Shown in pieces: positions 48,678 to 58,337 of a stretch of DNA of 64,000 bases. Source of the DNA: Candidatus Latescibacterota bacterium (GTDB lineage: Bacteria; Latescibacterota; UBA2968); the NCBI GenBank assembly GCA_038279365.1, contig JAYODI010000005.1, forward strand, positions 13,728 through 77,727. The letters are read 5' to 3'. The notes beneath the pieces were generated by a model that was given only the letters and a program-made list of their open reading frames with translations, did not search any database and was not told the origin of the DNA. Each line of letters begins with the position of its first letter. Position 1 is the stretch's first letter. Both the position numbers and the translations under genes were made by a program.

Positions 48678-49409
48678 ATGAGCTTTGTATTAATTGTAGG
48701 GGCCAAAAGCGACATTGCCAAAGCAACCGCCCGATACTATGCCCAAAAAGGATACGACCTCTACCTGGCCGCCCGTCAATCTCACGAATTGGATGTATTT
48801 GCGCGTGATGTTGCCATTCGGTCGCAACAAACCGTCAAATGTGTTGAACTCGATATCTTAGATTATGCCTCTCACCAAAATTTTTACGATACCTTAGATG
48901 AAAAACCCATAGGTGTCATTTCAGCCGTTGGTTACTTAGGCAACCAAGAGGGCGCACAAAGTGATTTTGCGGAAACACAAAAGATCATCGACACAAACTA
49001 CACGGGCATTGTGAGTCTGTTCAATGTGATTGCCAATGATTTTGAAAAACGAAAAAAAGGATTCATCGTAGGCATCAGCTCTGTTGCCGGAGATCGGGGC
49101 CGAAAAAGCAACTACACCTACGGCTCTGCCAAAGCCGCGTTTACGGCCTATCTTGCAGGCTTAAGAAACAGACTCCACAGTGCCCAAGTACACGTGCTCA
49201 CCGTAAAACCAGGGTTCGTTGCCACCAAAATGACCGAAGGTATGGACCTACCCGAAAAGCTCACCGCCCAACCCGAAGAAATCGCCCACGACATTTATCA
49301 TGCCCAGCAAAAAGGCCAAAACGTCTTGTACACCAAATGGATGTGGAAATGGATTATGATGATCATCAACAACATTCCAGAGTGGCAATTTAAAAAAATG
49401 AGCATCTAA
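48678..49409 (+). CDS. DprE2-like SDR reductase
   Basis: VGAKSDIA, ISSVAGDRGRKSNYTYGSAKA, VKPGFV.TKMT; 1 nt after the DprE1-like gene. Confidence 0.82.
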   Translation: MSFVLIVGAKSDIAKATARYYAQKGYDLYLAARQSHELDVFARDVAIRSQQTVKCVELDILDYASHQNFYDTLDEKPIGVISAVGYLGNQEGAQSDFAETQKIIDTNYTGIVSLFNVIANDFEKRKKGFIVGISSVAGDRGRKSNYTYGSAKAAFTAYLAGLRNRLHSAQVHVLTVKPGFVATKMTEGMDLPEKLTAQPEEIAHDIYHAQQKGQNVLYTKWMWKWIMMIINNIPEWQFKKMSI

Positions 49410-49415
49410 TCAACA

Positions 49416-49592
49416 CTATCCCAAAGGCTGTGTATTAAACACCGCTCGCATATACAACAACAACCAACTCAACAGTGTCACCAAAACGGACACCCCAACA
49501 GCAATCAACACCAACAACCATCCAGATGGCCGTTTCTCTGGGTCATGAAAAGGATTGCGTCTGGGGTCATCAAATCGCATAGATCTATCCAT
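49416..49592 (-). CDS. Small single-pass membrane protein (58 aa, not in the ORF track)
   Basis: MDRSMRFDDPRRNPFHDPEKRPSGWLLVLIAVGVSVLVTLLSWLLLYMRAVFNTQPLG; fills the intergenic gap. Confidence 0.5.
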   Translation of the reverse strand: MDRSMRFDDPRRNPFHDPEKRPSGWLLVLIAVGVSVLVTLLSWLLLYMRAVFNTQPLG

Positions 49593-49604
49593 ATTTCAAA
49601 AACT

Positions 49605-49679
49605 GTCGCAGGTCACAAGTCAACAAGTCGCAAGTCAAAATCGGTAAGGTCTTTGGTTTTGACCTGCGACCAGTGACCT
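49605..49679. repeat. Inverted arrays of degenerate heptamers
   Basis: GTCGCAGGTCA (49605-15) and TGACCTGCGAC (49660-70) form a perfect IR, with additional CAAGTC units. Confidence 0.65.
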
Positions 49680-49686
49680 TGTCCTA

Positions 49687-50589
49687 TCACGTTAACCGTG
49701 CCTCAATCCACTGCGCCGTTTTTTGATAGGCGGCATCCAAATCATCAATCGGCGATTCTGCGCCTCCCACATCCACACCCAAATGCCCATCAAAGCCCAC
49801 CAAATCCAACGTCTCAAAAAACAAATCCCAATGAATCACACCGTCACCAGGTGGCAAATGAGACACATGCCCGCCCCCTGTATCAGAAATGTGAATATAA
49901 TCGACAAAATCGGCCAACCGCCGCAAGGATAAAATAGGATTGTCCTTCAAATAAAATTGATTGGCCGTATCCAAATTAAATCGCAAATTATCACGGTCAA
50001 CCGCATCGCGAAAATACAAATACGCATCGGTCGTCGCAGACAACACACCTGCACACGGATGCATTTGATACGTCAAGCCACGCGCTTGCGCAATCTCACA
50101 CGCCGTGCGAAACGTGCCGATCAGACCCTCCCAATAAGCTTGCCAATTCAAATCTTTGGGAATAGACGCGGCCATTAAGACATCTTCTTCATAATGCCGT
50201 ACGATAGGCATATCTCCAGGAAATTGATATGCAGGCAACGGGGCATTATCTAACACACCCTTTGCGCCCAAAGCGGCCGCTACGTCGCACCCCCGCTCAA
50301 AATGCGCCAACTGCGCTTCTCTTACCGATGCATCCGGAGAAGACAACTCGGGCAACACCACACAAAAATAAGGCACCTTAACCGCAGCATCGTGCACCGC
50401 TTGTGCAACCGATGCGCGATTTTCATAGAGCCAATTCACATATTGGGGATGAATCCCCTCCAACTCCACACTCTCAAAACCCAAAGTTTTCATCTCAGTC
50501 AAATAATCAGCGGTTTTTTCAACAGCGGGGGGATATCCATATTTGGTAATCACATACAAATAACAACACGCAATCCGTTCGTGATACAT
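49687..50589 (-). CDS. Sugar phosphate isomerase/epimerase (xylose-isomerase-like TIM barrel)
   Basis: GFESVELEG, NLDTAN, YIHISD, HLPPGDG; GGAGG SD before ATG 50589. Confidence 0.8.
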   Translation of the reverse strand: MYHERIACCYLYVITKYGYPPAVEKTADYLTEMKTLGFESVELEGIHPQYVNWLYENRASVAQAVHDAAVKVPYFCVVLPELSSPDASVREAQLAHFERGCDVAAALGAKGVLDNAPLPAYQFPGDMPIVRHYEEDVLMAASIPKDLNWQAYWEGLIGTFRTACEIAQARGLTYQMHPCAGVLSATTDAYLYFRDAVDRDNLRFNLDTANQFYLKDNPILSLRRLADFVDYIHISDTGGGHVSHLPPGDGVIHWDLFFETLDLVGFDGHLGVDVGGAESPIDDLDAAYQKTAQWIEARLT

Positions 50590-50780
50590 AAACACCTCCA
50601 TTTTAGTGTGCTTAATAGCTACATCCAAATGTGAGCCAAGTCAAGCCCAAAGCCTTGTGTGTCAGCCTTGCTTATCCTACCGTTTTTTACTACCATGAAC
50701 AAGCTTCTTTTAAAAAAACGACCTCACTCTTTAACACCTTCAGTCCATCACGTCATCAATCTCTCTTATGGAGCTTAACA

Positions 50781-51590
50781 ATGAATGAATACGAAAAATT
50801 CTTCTTCGACCTCTATGGTTACCTGGTAGTAGAAAATGCCCTCACCCCAGAAGAAATCAAAGCGTGCAATGATGCCATAGACCACAACACCGACCGCATT
50901 GCGATTCGCGATGCCGAGCACTCTTTGTCGGGTGCGTCAATTGCGCTCAAAGGCAAACACGGGCGTGGTGATTTAGGCGGCATGCTCACCTGGCCAAAAC
51001 CCCATTGCCAACCCTTTCGCGATCTCCTCGCACATCCCAACATCATTCCCTACCTTGTGGAACTCTTACGTGAAGATTGCCGACTGGATCACCTATATGG
51101 CATTGTCATGGAAAAAGGTGCAGAAGGGCACACCCTTCACGGTGGCGGAACAGCAGACGACCTTACGCATTTTTATCAATTTCACAACGGGCGAATGCGC
51201 TGTGGCCTCACCGTGGTGTCTTGGGTTCTCACCGATTGCAACCCAGGTGATGGCGGTTTTGCTTGCATCCCTGGCAGTCACAAAGCCAATTACAAAACAC
51301 CACGTGACGTTGCCCTTTTAGACAAAAACATTGGCGTTGTACAACAAGTAACCGCCAAAGCAGGATCAGCCATCATCTTCACCGAGGCCCTTACCCACGG
51401 CACCATGCCCTGGACAGCCGACCATCAGCGCAGATCCATCCTCTACAAATATTCACCCGGCCCCCTCACCTACGCAAACAGATATGTGCCTCCTCACGTA
51501 GAAGAAGTGATAGACGAGTTTACACCCGAACAACGCGCCTTGCTCCAACCACCGTATCGTGCCAACCGCCCAAAAGTGACTGCGCCCTAA
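50781..51590 (+). CDS. PhyH-family dioxygenase with HxG in place of HxD
   Basis: FDLYGYLVV, LHGGG, GGFACIPGSHK, AGSAIIFTEALTHGT; start ATG 50781. Confidence 0.85.
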   Translation: MNEYEKFFFDLYGYLVVENALTPEEIKACNDAIDHNTDRIAIRDAEHSLSGASIALKGKHGRGDLGGMLTWPKPHCQPFRDLLAHPNIIPYLVELLREDCRLDHLYGIVMEKGAEGHTLHGGGTADDLTHFYQFHNGRMRCGLTVVSWVLTDCNPGDGGFACIPGSHKANYKTPRDVALLDKNIGVVQQVTAKAGSAIIFTEALTHGTMPWTADHQRRSILYKYSPGPLTYANRYVPPHVEEVIDEFTPEQRALLQPPYRANRPKVTAP

Positions 51591-54313
51591 TGCAATCAAA
51601 AACCATATCTTCGCCCCTATTCTTATACAGCATTATTCTCTTAGGTGCCTGTTTGCGGTTTTATGGCCTCGATTGGGGCACAGACCGCCAAACAGGAAGC
51701 TTTCATCGTTTTCACACCGACGAATCAACCATTGTAGAAAGTGCCCAATGGGTGGGGGTGGACCTTGGTGAAATCCGATCCTCTTATGGCAAAGCCCCTA
51801 TGTATTTACTCTGGGCAACGGCACACACATTAAGCCCTATTTTGGGCACGCCCGTTTTTGAATTGAGCGACAACCAATCGACCCGATTTACCTATCTCAT
51901 AGGGCGCTGTCTATCAGCCCTTCTGGGCACAGTGCTCATCTACCTTGTTTACCAACTGGGGCTCTCGATCGGTGGCGTTTACATCGGTTTGCTCGCCGCT
52001 TTTTTAATGGCCGTTTGTCCCGGCCACATTCAACAAAGCCACTATTACACCGTCGATCCAATACTCACTTTTTGGGCTACATTGGGGCTTGTTATACTTC
52101 TCAAAATGCCCGCACGTAGTTGGTGGCTTTACATCGCCTTTGGCCTTGTATGTGGTTTGGCCGCTGGCACACGTTTTGTCGGTGCTTGGATCGGTTTGCC
52201 ATTTCTCATCATTCACTTTTTTAATTACAAACCTCAAGGCAATATGTTTGCCGCACCCTTACGCCTCACACTCGCAGACAAACTCAAACGTGTGGGCACC
52301 GTTATGGGCATCGGCGCGTTGGTACTCATCGCCTGTGAACCCTTTCTCATATTAGACCCACAATATTATTTTGCCACCAGTGATGCCCGACAATTTGCCT
52401 CCAGCCTACAAATTGCCCGCGGTGAAATCATTCGCGTGTGGACCCTCTACGACTTTCACACCACCCCTTACTTGTTCTATATTACCCACCTATTTCGATA
52501 TGCCTTAGGCTTTCCCCTTGAATTAGCGGGTCTCTTGGGGCTGTGCCTTGCCCTAGCCAAACGCACACAACCCGCCATCATCTTGCTCAGTTGGTTTATC
52601 GCCTATTTCGTTTTGGTGGGTGGCCTGCACACCAAACCGGTGCGTTATACCACACCGGTCTTACCCGTTCTCGTCGTCTTTGGCGCATGGGCCTGCATCT
52701 GGCTGGGGCAAAAACTCCAACAAGCGTGGCCCAAACCCTTTGCTCCCTTCTTGCCGATCCTATTGGTAGCCCTACCCACTGCGGCTTATGGCCTCACGTT
52801 CATCAATATCTATAGCCAAGAAGACAGCCGTATTGTGGCCAATCGGTGGGTACAACAAAACATTCCTCAAAACAGCCAAGTCTTAACCGAAAATGGTGGC
52901 TTTCCAACTGCTTGGATGGCACCAGAAGATAAATATGAAACAAATCTGACTTCCAGCAGTTATTTTATTGTTTCAGACAAATGGGAACTCTACAGCGTTC
53001 AAGTCGACTATTTTCGCAAACGACTCGAAAACGTTGAATGGATTGTAATCATTGAAGAAAACCGAATGAAACCCTTTATGTCGGTACCCAACCTTTATCC
53101 TGTTGGCTGTGAAATTTACACGCGCTTATACAATGAACAATTGGGCTATAAACGCGTTGCTCAATTTAAGAACCAGCCCCTATTCAACATGACATCCTAT
53201 GAAAAGTCTGCCGAGCCCACACTCACCGCCTTTGATCACCCCAACGTCCTCATCTACCGTCGCACCCAAAACCCATCGCCCGAAGAAATATTGACCACGT
53301 TAAAACAAGACATCCAAAACGATCCCAAATTTCCAGACAAAAACATATTGGCTGGTGTAAATGCCTTTCAACAAAAAAATTGGGAAGAAGCCAAACGTGC
53401 ATTTGAAAGTGCTTTACAATTAGATCCCGAGTTTGCATTGGCAAACCTCCTCATTGGCGAAATCTATATCAAACACAACTTAACAGATTCCACGCAAAAA
53501 ATTTGGGATCGCCTCACAGATCAAAACGTCAACATCAACAAATATTCTTTCTTGGGGCTGATCAATGCAGGCTTAAGAGAAGAAGGGGTAATCTACCTTG
53601 AAAACGTGGCCAAAACCCCAGGTGAAGATCCCAATCTCGCCCTTGTCGCCAGTCGCACCTACACCGAAATAGCCCTTGAATATCAGCAAAAAAATGAACT
53701 TCAAACCGCACTTGCAAACCACACCAAAGCCATTGCCCTCACCCCAGACGACCCAGAACCCTATCTCAACGCCACATTTGTACTCATCGAATTGGGTGAC
53801 TTAGATAATGCGCAAATACTCTTAGACCACGCACAACAACTCCAGTCCAATATGCCAATGGCCCTACACGCCCAAGCCCTATTGTATCAAAAACAAGAAA
53901 AATTAGATGACGCTTATAAAACGCTCCTCAAAGCATTGGACTTAGACCCAAAAAACACACAACACCAAAATGTCTTATTGGGCTTGGCTGGCCAATATTA
54001 CCAGCAAGGCAAAATTGAAATGGCCTACACCATTTTCACTGAAATTCTCAAACACGATCCCAACTTTCAAGAAGCACATTACAACTTAGGCGTGATGTAC
54101 ATTCAATCGGGAGATTACCAAAACGCGCTGTCTGAATTACAAAAAGCAGTCCAACTCAAACCACAAGATCCCGACGCTCAATTTGCTTTGGCTGGTGTTT
54201 ACGAAACACTTGGACAAAACAACTTGGCCATTGAACACTATCAAAATGTGCTGGTGTTACTACCCAATTATACAGAAGCCATCACCCGCTTGGAAATACT
54301 CACATCGCAATAA
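51590..54313 (+). CDS. GT-C (PMT-like) glycosyltransferase with C-terminal TPR array
   Basis: LRFYGLDWG...FHTDE, GR.LSA, HIQQSHYYTVD, RY..P; TPR repeats; TAATG coupling to the upstream gene. Confidence 0.82.
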   Translation: MQSKTISSPLFLYSIILLGACLRFYGLDWGTDRQTGSFHRFHTDESTIVESAQWVGVDLGEIRSSYGKAPMYLLWATAHTLSPILGTPVFELSDNQSTRFTYLIGRCLSALLGTVLIYLVYQLGLSIGGVYIGLLAAFLMAVCPGHIQQSHYYTVDPILTFWATLGLVILLKMPARSWWLYIAFGLVCGLAAGTRFVGAWIGLPFLIIHFFNYKPQGNMFAAPLRLTLADKLKRVGTVMGIGALVLIACEPFLILDPQYYFATSDARQFASSLQIARGEIIRVWTLYDFHTTPYLFYITHLFRYALGFPLELAGLLGLCLALAKRTQPAIILLSWFIAYFVLVGGLHTKPVRYTTPVLPVLVVFGAWACIWLGQKLQQAWPKPFAPFLPILLVALPTAAYGLTFINIYSQEDSRIVANRWVQQNIPQNSQVLTENGGFPTAWMAPEDKYETNLTSSSYFIVSDKWELYSVQVDYFRKRLENVEWIVIIEENRMKPFMSVPNLYPVGCEIYTRLYNEQLGYKRVAQFKNQPLFNMTSYEKSAEPTLTAFDHPNVLIYRRTQNPSPEEILTTLKQDIQNDPKFPDKNILAGVNAFQQKNWEEAKRAFESALQLDPEFALANLLIGEIYIKHNLTDSTQKIWDRLTDQNVNINKYSFLGLINAGLREEGVIYLENVAKTPGEDPNLALVASRTYTEIALEYQQKNELQTALANHTKAIALTPDDPEPYLNATFVLIELGDLDNAQILLDHAQQLQSNMPMALHAQALLYQKQEKLDDAYKTLLKALDLDPKNTQHQNVLLGLAGQYYQQGKIEMAYTIFTEILKHDPNFQEAHYNLGVMYIQSGDYQNALSELQKAVQLKPQDPDAQFALAGVYETLGQNNLAIEHYQNVLVLLPNYTEAITRLEILTSQ

Positions 54314-54393
54314 CAGACACATCAAGAACGCGAAGTATCCCCAATACAGAGCCATTTTAATCACGTCTGTCCACACCACAGAAAGAGCTTGTT

Positions 54394-55875
54394 ATGCCCA
54401 ACAAACCACATGTCTTGCTCGTCTCCACAGACCATTGGCCCGCATCTTTATTTGGGGGTGTAGGACACCCCGCCATCCAAACGCCCACACTCGATCAACT
54501 GGCCAAAAACGGTGTGCGCTTTACCAATGCCTACAGCGAATGCCCCGTGTGCATTCCCGCCCGACGCACCCTCATGACAGGCACCACCCCACGCACCCAC
54601 GGTGATCGTGTGTTTAAAGAAACCGAACCCATGCCCAACGTGCCCACACTGGCCCAAACCTTTCGCGACAATGGCTACCAGGCCTACGCCGTGGGCAAAC
54701 TGCACGTTTATCCCCAACGAGATCGCATTGGTTTTGACGATGTCATTCTCGCCGAAGAAGGCCGCACCCAGTTTGATGCTGTTGACGACTATGAGCTTTT
54801 TTTGGGCGAACAAGGGTATCCTGGCCAAATGTTTGGTCACGGCATGTGCAACAACGACTATGTCAATCGCCCGTGGCACTTGCCCGAACATTGCCACGTC
54901 ACCAACTGGGCCACCCAAAACATGGCCCGAATGATCCAACGCAGAGACCCCACCAAACCCGGTTTCTGGTTCCTCTCTTACTGCCACCCTCACCCACCCT
55001 TGGCCCCGCTACAATGTTATTTGGATATGTACCGCGACATCAATCCACCGCTACCCGATATGGGTAATTGGGCACAATCATCAAATACCCTCCCTTATGC
55101 CCTCAAATTGCGAAGCCTCGAATGGGAAGACTTTACCGAATACCAAATCAAATCGGCTCTGCGTGCATTTTATGCCATGTGTACCCACATCGATCACCAA
55201 CTCAGAATTGTGATCGGTACCTTACGTGAAGAACGCTTGCTCGAAGACACCATCATCCTATTCACATCAGATCACGGAGATATGCTCGGCAACCACGGTC
55301 AGTGGGCCAAACGCATCTTTTACGAAGACTCTGCCAACATTCCCATGATTCTCATGGGTGCCGCCAATGACAACCGCGTGGGCCACCACCGCACCGACAA
55401 CCGCCTTGTGGGCTGGGCCGATGTGATGCCCACCTTGCTCGACTTGGCAGGTATCGACATTCCCGACACGGTTGATGGTCACTCTATGGTCGGTGAGCAA
55501 CAACGTGATTATTTCTACGGCGAATGCAGCGAAGGTGCAAATGCCACACGCATGATTCACAATGGCCGATTCAAGCTGATCTACTACCCAGTAGGCAACC
55601 ACACCCAGCTCTTCGACTTAGAAACCGATCCACGCGAATGTCACGATTTATCCACCTCAACAGATCACCAAGACATCAAAAAACAACTCACCCAAACACT
55701 CATCTCCGAACTCTACGGTGGCGATGAAAAATGGGCTCAAGGTGACAAACTCATCGGTCTACCCGATCAAGCCTACACGTCCAAACCCAATCGCGGTTTG
55801 TCAGGTCAGCGCGGAAGCCACTGGCCCGTGCCACCACAAACTGGGCAAGCAGGACCACCGATTCAACATACTTAA
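54394..55875 (+). CDS. Formylglycine-dependent sulfatase
   Basis: STDH, CIPAR (CxPxR), VGKLH, HPHPP, TSDHGD. Confidence 0.92.
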   Translation: MPNKPHVLLVSTDHWPASLFGGVGHPAIQTPTLDQLAKNGVRFTNAYSECPVCIPARRTLMTGTTPRTHGDRVFKETEPMPNVPTLAQTFRDNGYQAYAVGKLHVYPQRDRIGFDDVILAEEGRTQFDAVDDYELFLGEQGYPGQMFGHGMCNNDYVNRPWHLPEHCHVTNWATQNMARMIQRRDPTKPGFWFLSYCHPHPPLAPLQCYLDMYRDINPPLPDMGNWAQSSNTLPYALKLRSLEWEDFTEYQIKSALRAFYAMCTHIDHQLRIVIGTLREERLLEDTIILFTSDHGDMLGNHGQWAKRIFYEDSANIPMILMGAANDNRVGHHRTDNRLVGWADVMPTLLDLAGIDIPDTVDGHSMVGEQQRDYFYGECSEGANATRMIHNGRFKLIYYPVGNHTQLFDLETDPRECHDLSTSTDHQDIKKQLTQTLISELYGGDEKWAQGDKLIGLPDQAYTSKPNRGLSGQRGSHWPVPPQTGQAGPPIQHT

Positions 55876-55889
55876 AGGCACACAAGCAA

Positions 55890-56001
55890 ATAGACGAACC
55901 TGCGGGTGCGCGAAGCGCAAGTTCTCGAAGAGAACGCACCGAAGGTGCCCCGCTGCTCACGAGCGAAGCGAGTCATAGACGAATAGACGAATCAAAACCT
56001 A
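55890..56001. repeat. GAA-triloop cloverleaf element inside an ATAGACGA octamer array
   Basis: GCGGG[TGCGC-GAA-GCGCA]A[GTTCTC-GAA-GAGAAC][GCACC-GAA-GGTGC]CCCGC at 55902-55953. Confidence 0.75.
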
Positions 56002-56055
56002 TTCGTTGTTTCGCAATTTCGAAATTTCGCTGATTCGCAGTTCTTAGGAGACACA

Positions 56056-56766
56056 ATGCCACGTTTTTCAATAAAAGAAGCCCTTCTATTTGGTTGGCAA
56101 ACGGTGCGCAATCAATTGGGGTTTTTTATCGGATTGACAGTGGTTTTCACCTTGGCCTCGGTCGTCTTAACACCCTTCCAAACCTATTTCGCAGATCAAC
56201 CTGTCGTGTCTTTGATCATCGCGATTGTGTCTGTTGCCTTAACACTTGTCGTTGATATCGGCTTTATGAAAATCACTCTGAAAGCCTACGACAATGAACA
56301 AACCGATTTTCCCGACCTGTTTCGATATTATGATCTGTCACCACGCTACTTTTTGTGTACCGTGCTTTATTTTATACTGATTTTTGTGGTTGCACTCATC
56401 CCTGGCATTATTGCTTTTAACGTATTCGATCTCACCGAAAGAGCCGATAACCTTAATGTTTTGGAAATGCTGATCATTGCCATCTTATTCATCTTACCCA
56501 TCACATATGTCTCACTGAGGTTCTACTTCTTTAGTTACTTCATTATCGACCAAGAAGCAGGTCCCATTGAATCACTCAAACGCAGCGCCCAACTCACCAA
56601 AGGCCAACTCTGGCCACTGTTTCTCTTATTCTTAGCTGTTTTAGGTGTCATTCTATTGGGGGTTGTTGCCCTTTTTGTCGGCCTCTTTGTTGCCTACCCC
56701 GTTTCAACACTCGCAACAACCTACGTCTATCGCAAACTGCTTGAAACACAAGAACAAGAAACTTAG
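56056..56766 (+). CDS. Integral membrane protein (DUF975/YciC-like)
   Basis: Multiple TM helices; FSIKEAL.FGW, GPIESLKRS.QLTKG, YRKL; AGGAG SD. Confidence 0.75.
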   Translation: MPRFSIKEALLFGWQTVRNQLGFFIGLTVVFTLASVVLTPFQTYFADQPVVSLIIAIVSVALTLVVDIGFMKITLKAYDNEQTDFPDLFRYYDLSPRYFLCTVLYFILIFVVALIPGIIAFNVFDLTERADNLNVLEMLIIAILFILPITYVSLRFYFFSYFIIDQEAGPIESLKRSAQLTKGQLWPLFLLFLAVLGVILLGVVALFVGLFVAYPVSTLATTYVYRKLLETQEQET

Positions 56767-56797
56767 ATTTCAAAAAGTAAATTTATCCAAGAAACAA

Positions 56798-56839
56798 AAA
56801 AACGAAAACAGTCTATTTTCACAGCCTGTTTTCGTTTTT
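56798..56839. terminator. Probable bidirectional terminator
   Basis: AAAAACGAAAACAG...CTGTTTTCGTTTTT. Confidence 0.65.
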
Positions 56840-56978
56840 ATAATTTTATTGCTTACAAAAAACATTTTTAATTAGGAATTTATCCTTTTATTTTCATGTA
56901 AAAAATAACAATGGAATTTCAGACGCAGGAATATGATACTCGCACAATCAGACGAGACCGTATCCAATGACCAAGATC

Positions 56979-57704
56979 TTAGGTATTTGCCCCACATAAC
57001 CAATCCCAAGTACGTTCTCTCCTAACCCGATCCCGATAGGATTCCACTTCTGTCACATAAGGCAATCGGGCACGGTTTTTATACGCAGGAATCTCTGTTG
57101 AATCTATTTGCCAATCTCTTACCGGTGGTGACGTTCGATAATAAGAAAACTTGATCATACTCCGCTTTTTGTTATTGGTCTTGGGACCTGCTTTGTGCCA
57201 AATGCCATACCGAGTCAAGGCAACAGAACCTGCTGGAACCGTCAGTGAAACCTGCCCCAACACATCCCCATAGTGCGCAATGGCCTCTCGATCCACAGCT
57301 CGGCAATGTGACCCCGGCAAGATCATCGTTGGGCCATCTTCAATCTCCACCGCGTGAGGATAATAATAACACTGAAGCGTTGTCACATCATATCCACTTC
57401 CCGAAAGCCCATCAGAATGCCAAGTTTGCCCCAAATGAGGTGCTTCGTAAAAGTGATGATGCCCGCCATTGGGCAATTGAAAGTTTTCGCCCAGCAAAGA
57501 CCTGACAACTCCAGCCAATTTGGGATGCAGAAGTACTTCTTTTATAAAATCGTCAGAAGTGATAAACGCATTGGCATTGCCTGGAGGCAGCGTGTCACAC
57601 TGTCGGTTGAAATCCTCACCAATAATACTTTCCAATAAAACATAACCTTGAGCAACAAAATCCATGACATCGCTATCCGTCATTGTCGGCTTCACATCCG
57701 TCAT
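56979..57704 (-). CDS. PhyH-like dioxygenase
   Basis: FVAQGY, WHSD, GPTMILPGSH, AGSV...YGIWH. Confidence 0.8.
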   Translation of the reverse strand: MTDVKPTMTDSDVMDFVAQGYVLLESIIGEDFNRQCDTLPPGNANAFITSDDFIKEVLLHPKLAGVVRSLLGENFQLPNGGHHHFYEAPHLGQTWHSDGLSGSGYDVTTLQCYYYPHAVEIEDGPTMILPGSHCRAVDREAIAHYGDVLGQVSLTVPAGSVALTRYGIWHKAGPKTNNKKRSMIKFSYYRTSPPVRDWQIDSTEIPAYKNRARLPYVTEVESYRDRVRRERTWDWLCGANT

Positions 57705-57715
57705 TCTACACTCCT

Positions 57716-58075
57716 TTAAGTCCACTTTTCCAAGACAAACTCAAAACCCAAATAATCGTTATCCACCTCTTCATACCGATACAGCTTCGAAATAGGAAAC
57801 TGCACGACGCGCCACCCGTCTGCCATCGCCTCCAACACCGAAGTGTAAGGCAGTTCTTGAGAAGGCAAAGTTGGTTCCTGAGGTTTTGTTGGATCACAAA
57901 GGGACCAACTGGCAATGGGTGAACGCATATTGGTTGACTTTGAATACAGATACAACACCTGTTGTCGGGGTTCTTGCAAACAGTTTCTTAACGCATCCAA
58001 ATCTTCAGCCGTAACAGGTGCCTCCTGAAGCTTTTTTTTCTGGGTATCTATCCACCGTTCAACAGCGTCTTTCAT
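57716..58075 (-). CDS. Hypothetical protein
   Basis: GGAGG SD; protein-like sequence (Y.SVLEAMADGWRVVQFP...EFVLEK); co-oriented with the PhyH gene. Confidence 0.75.
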   Translation of the reverse strand: MKDAVERWIDTQKKKLQEAPVTAEDLDALRNCLQEPRQQVLYLYSKSTNMRSPIASWSLCDPTKPQEPTLPSQELPYTSVLEAMADGWRVVQFPISKLYRYEEVDNDYLGFEFVLEKWT

Positions 58076-58337
58076 CTCACCTCCCAATAAAATCAAACCT
58101 ACACACCAACACAGTTTTCACCTGCTTAAAACGACATCCAATATGTTGATGTGTGGTTTCTGTGCTGAATATCGTCATGTTTTAATTTTCGAATCAAAGT
58201 AATCGCTCATATATGTTATGAACAAGGTGAGAAATCAAGCACAATCCTTCCCACCATTAAAAAGCTTTTCCAAAGCCTCGGTCACACAGCCAGCCCTGCG
58301 CAAACACCTTATCAAAATTATAAACCGAGTCAATATC

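Noticed and set aside
55902-55953. tRNA or tRNA fragment (cloverleaf shape)
   Set aside because: Only 52 nt with 3-nt loops; no anticodon loop, TTC arm or CCA.
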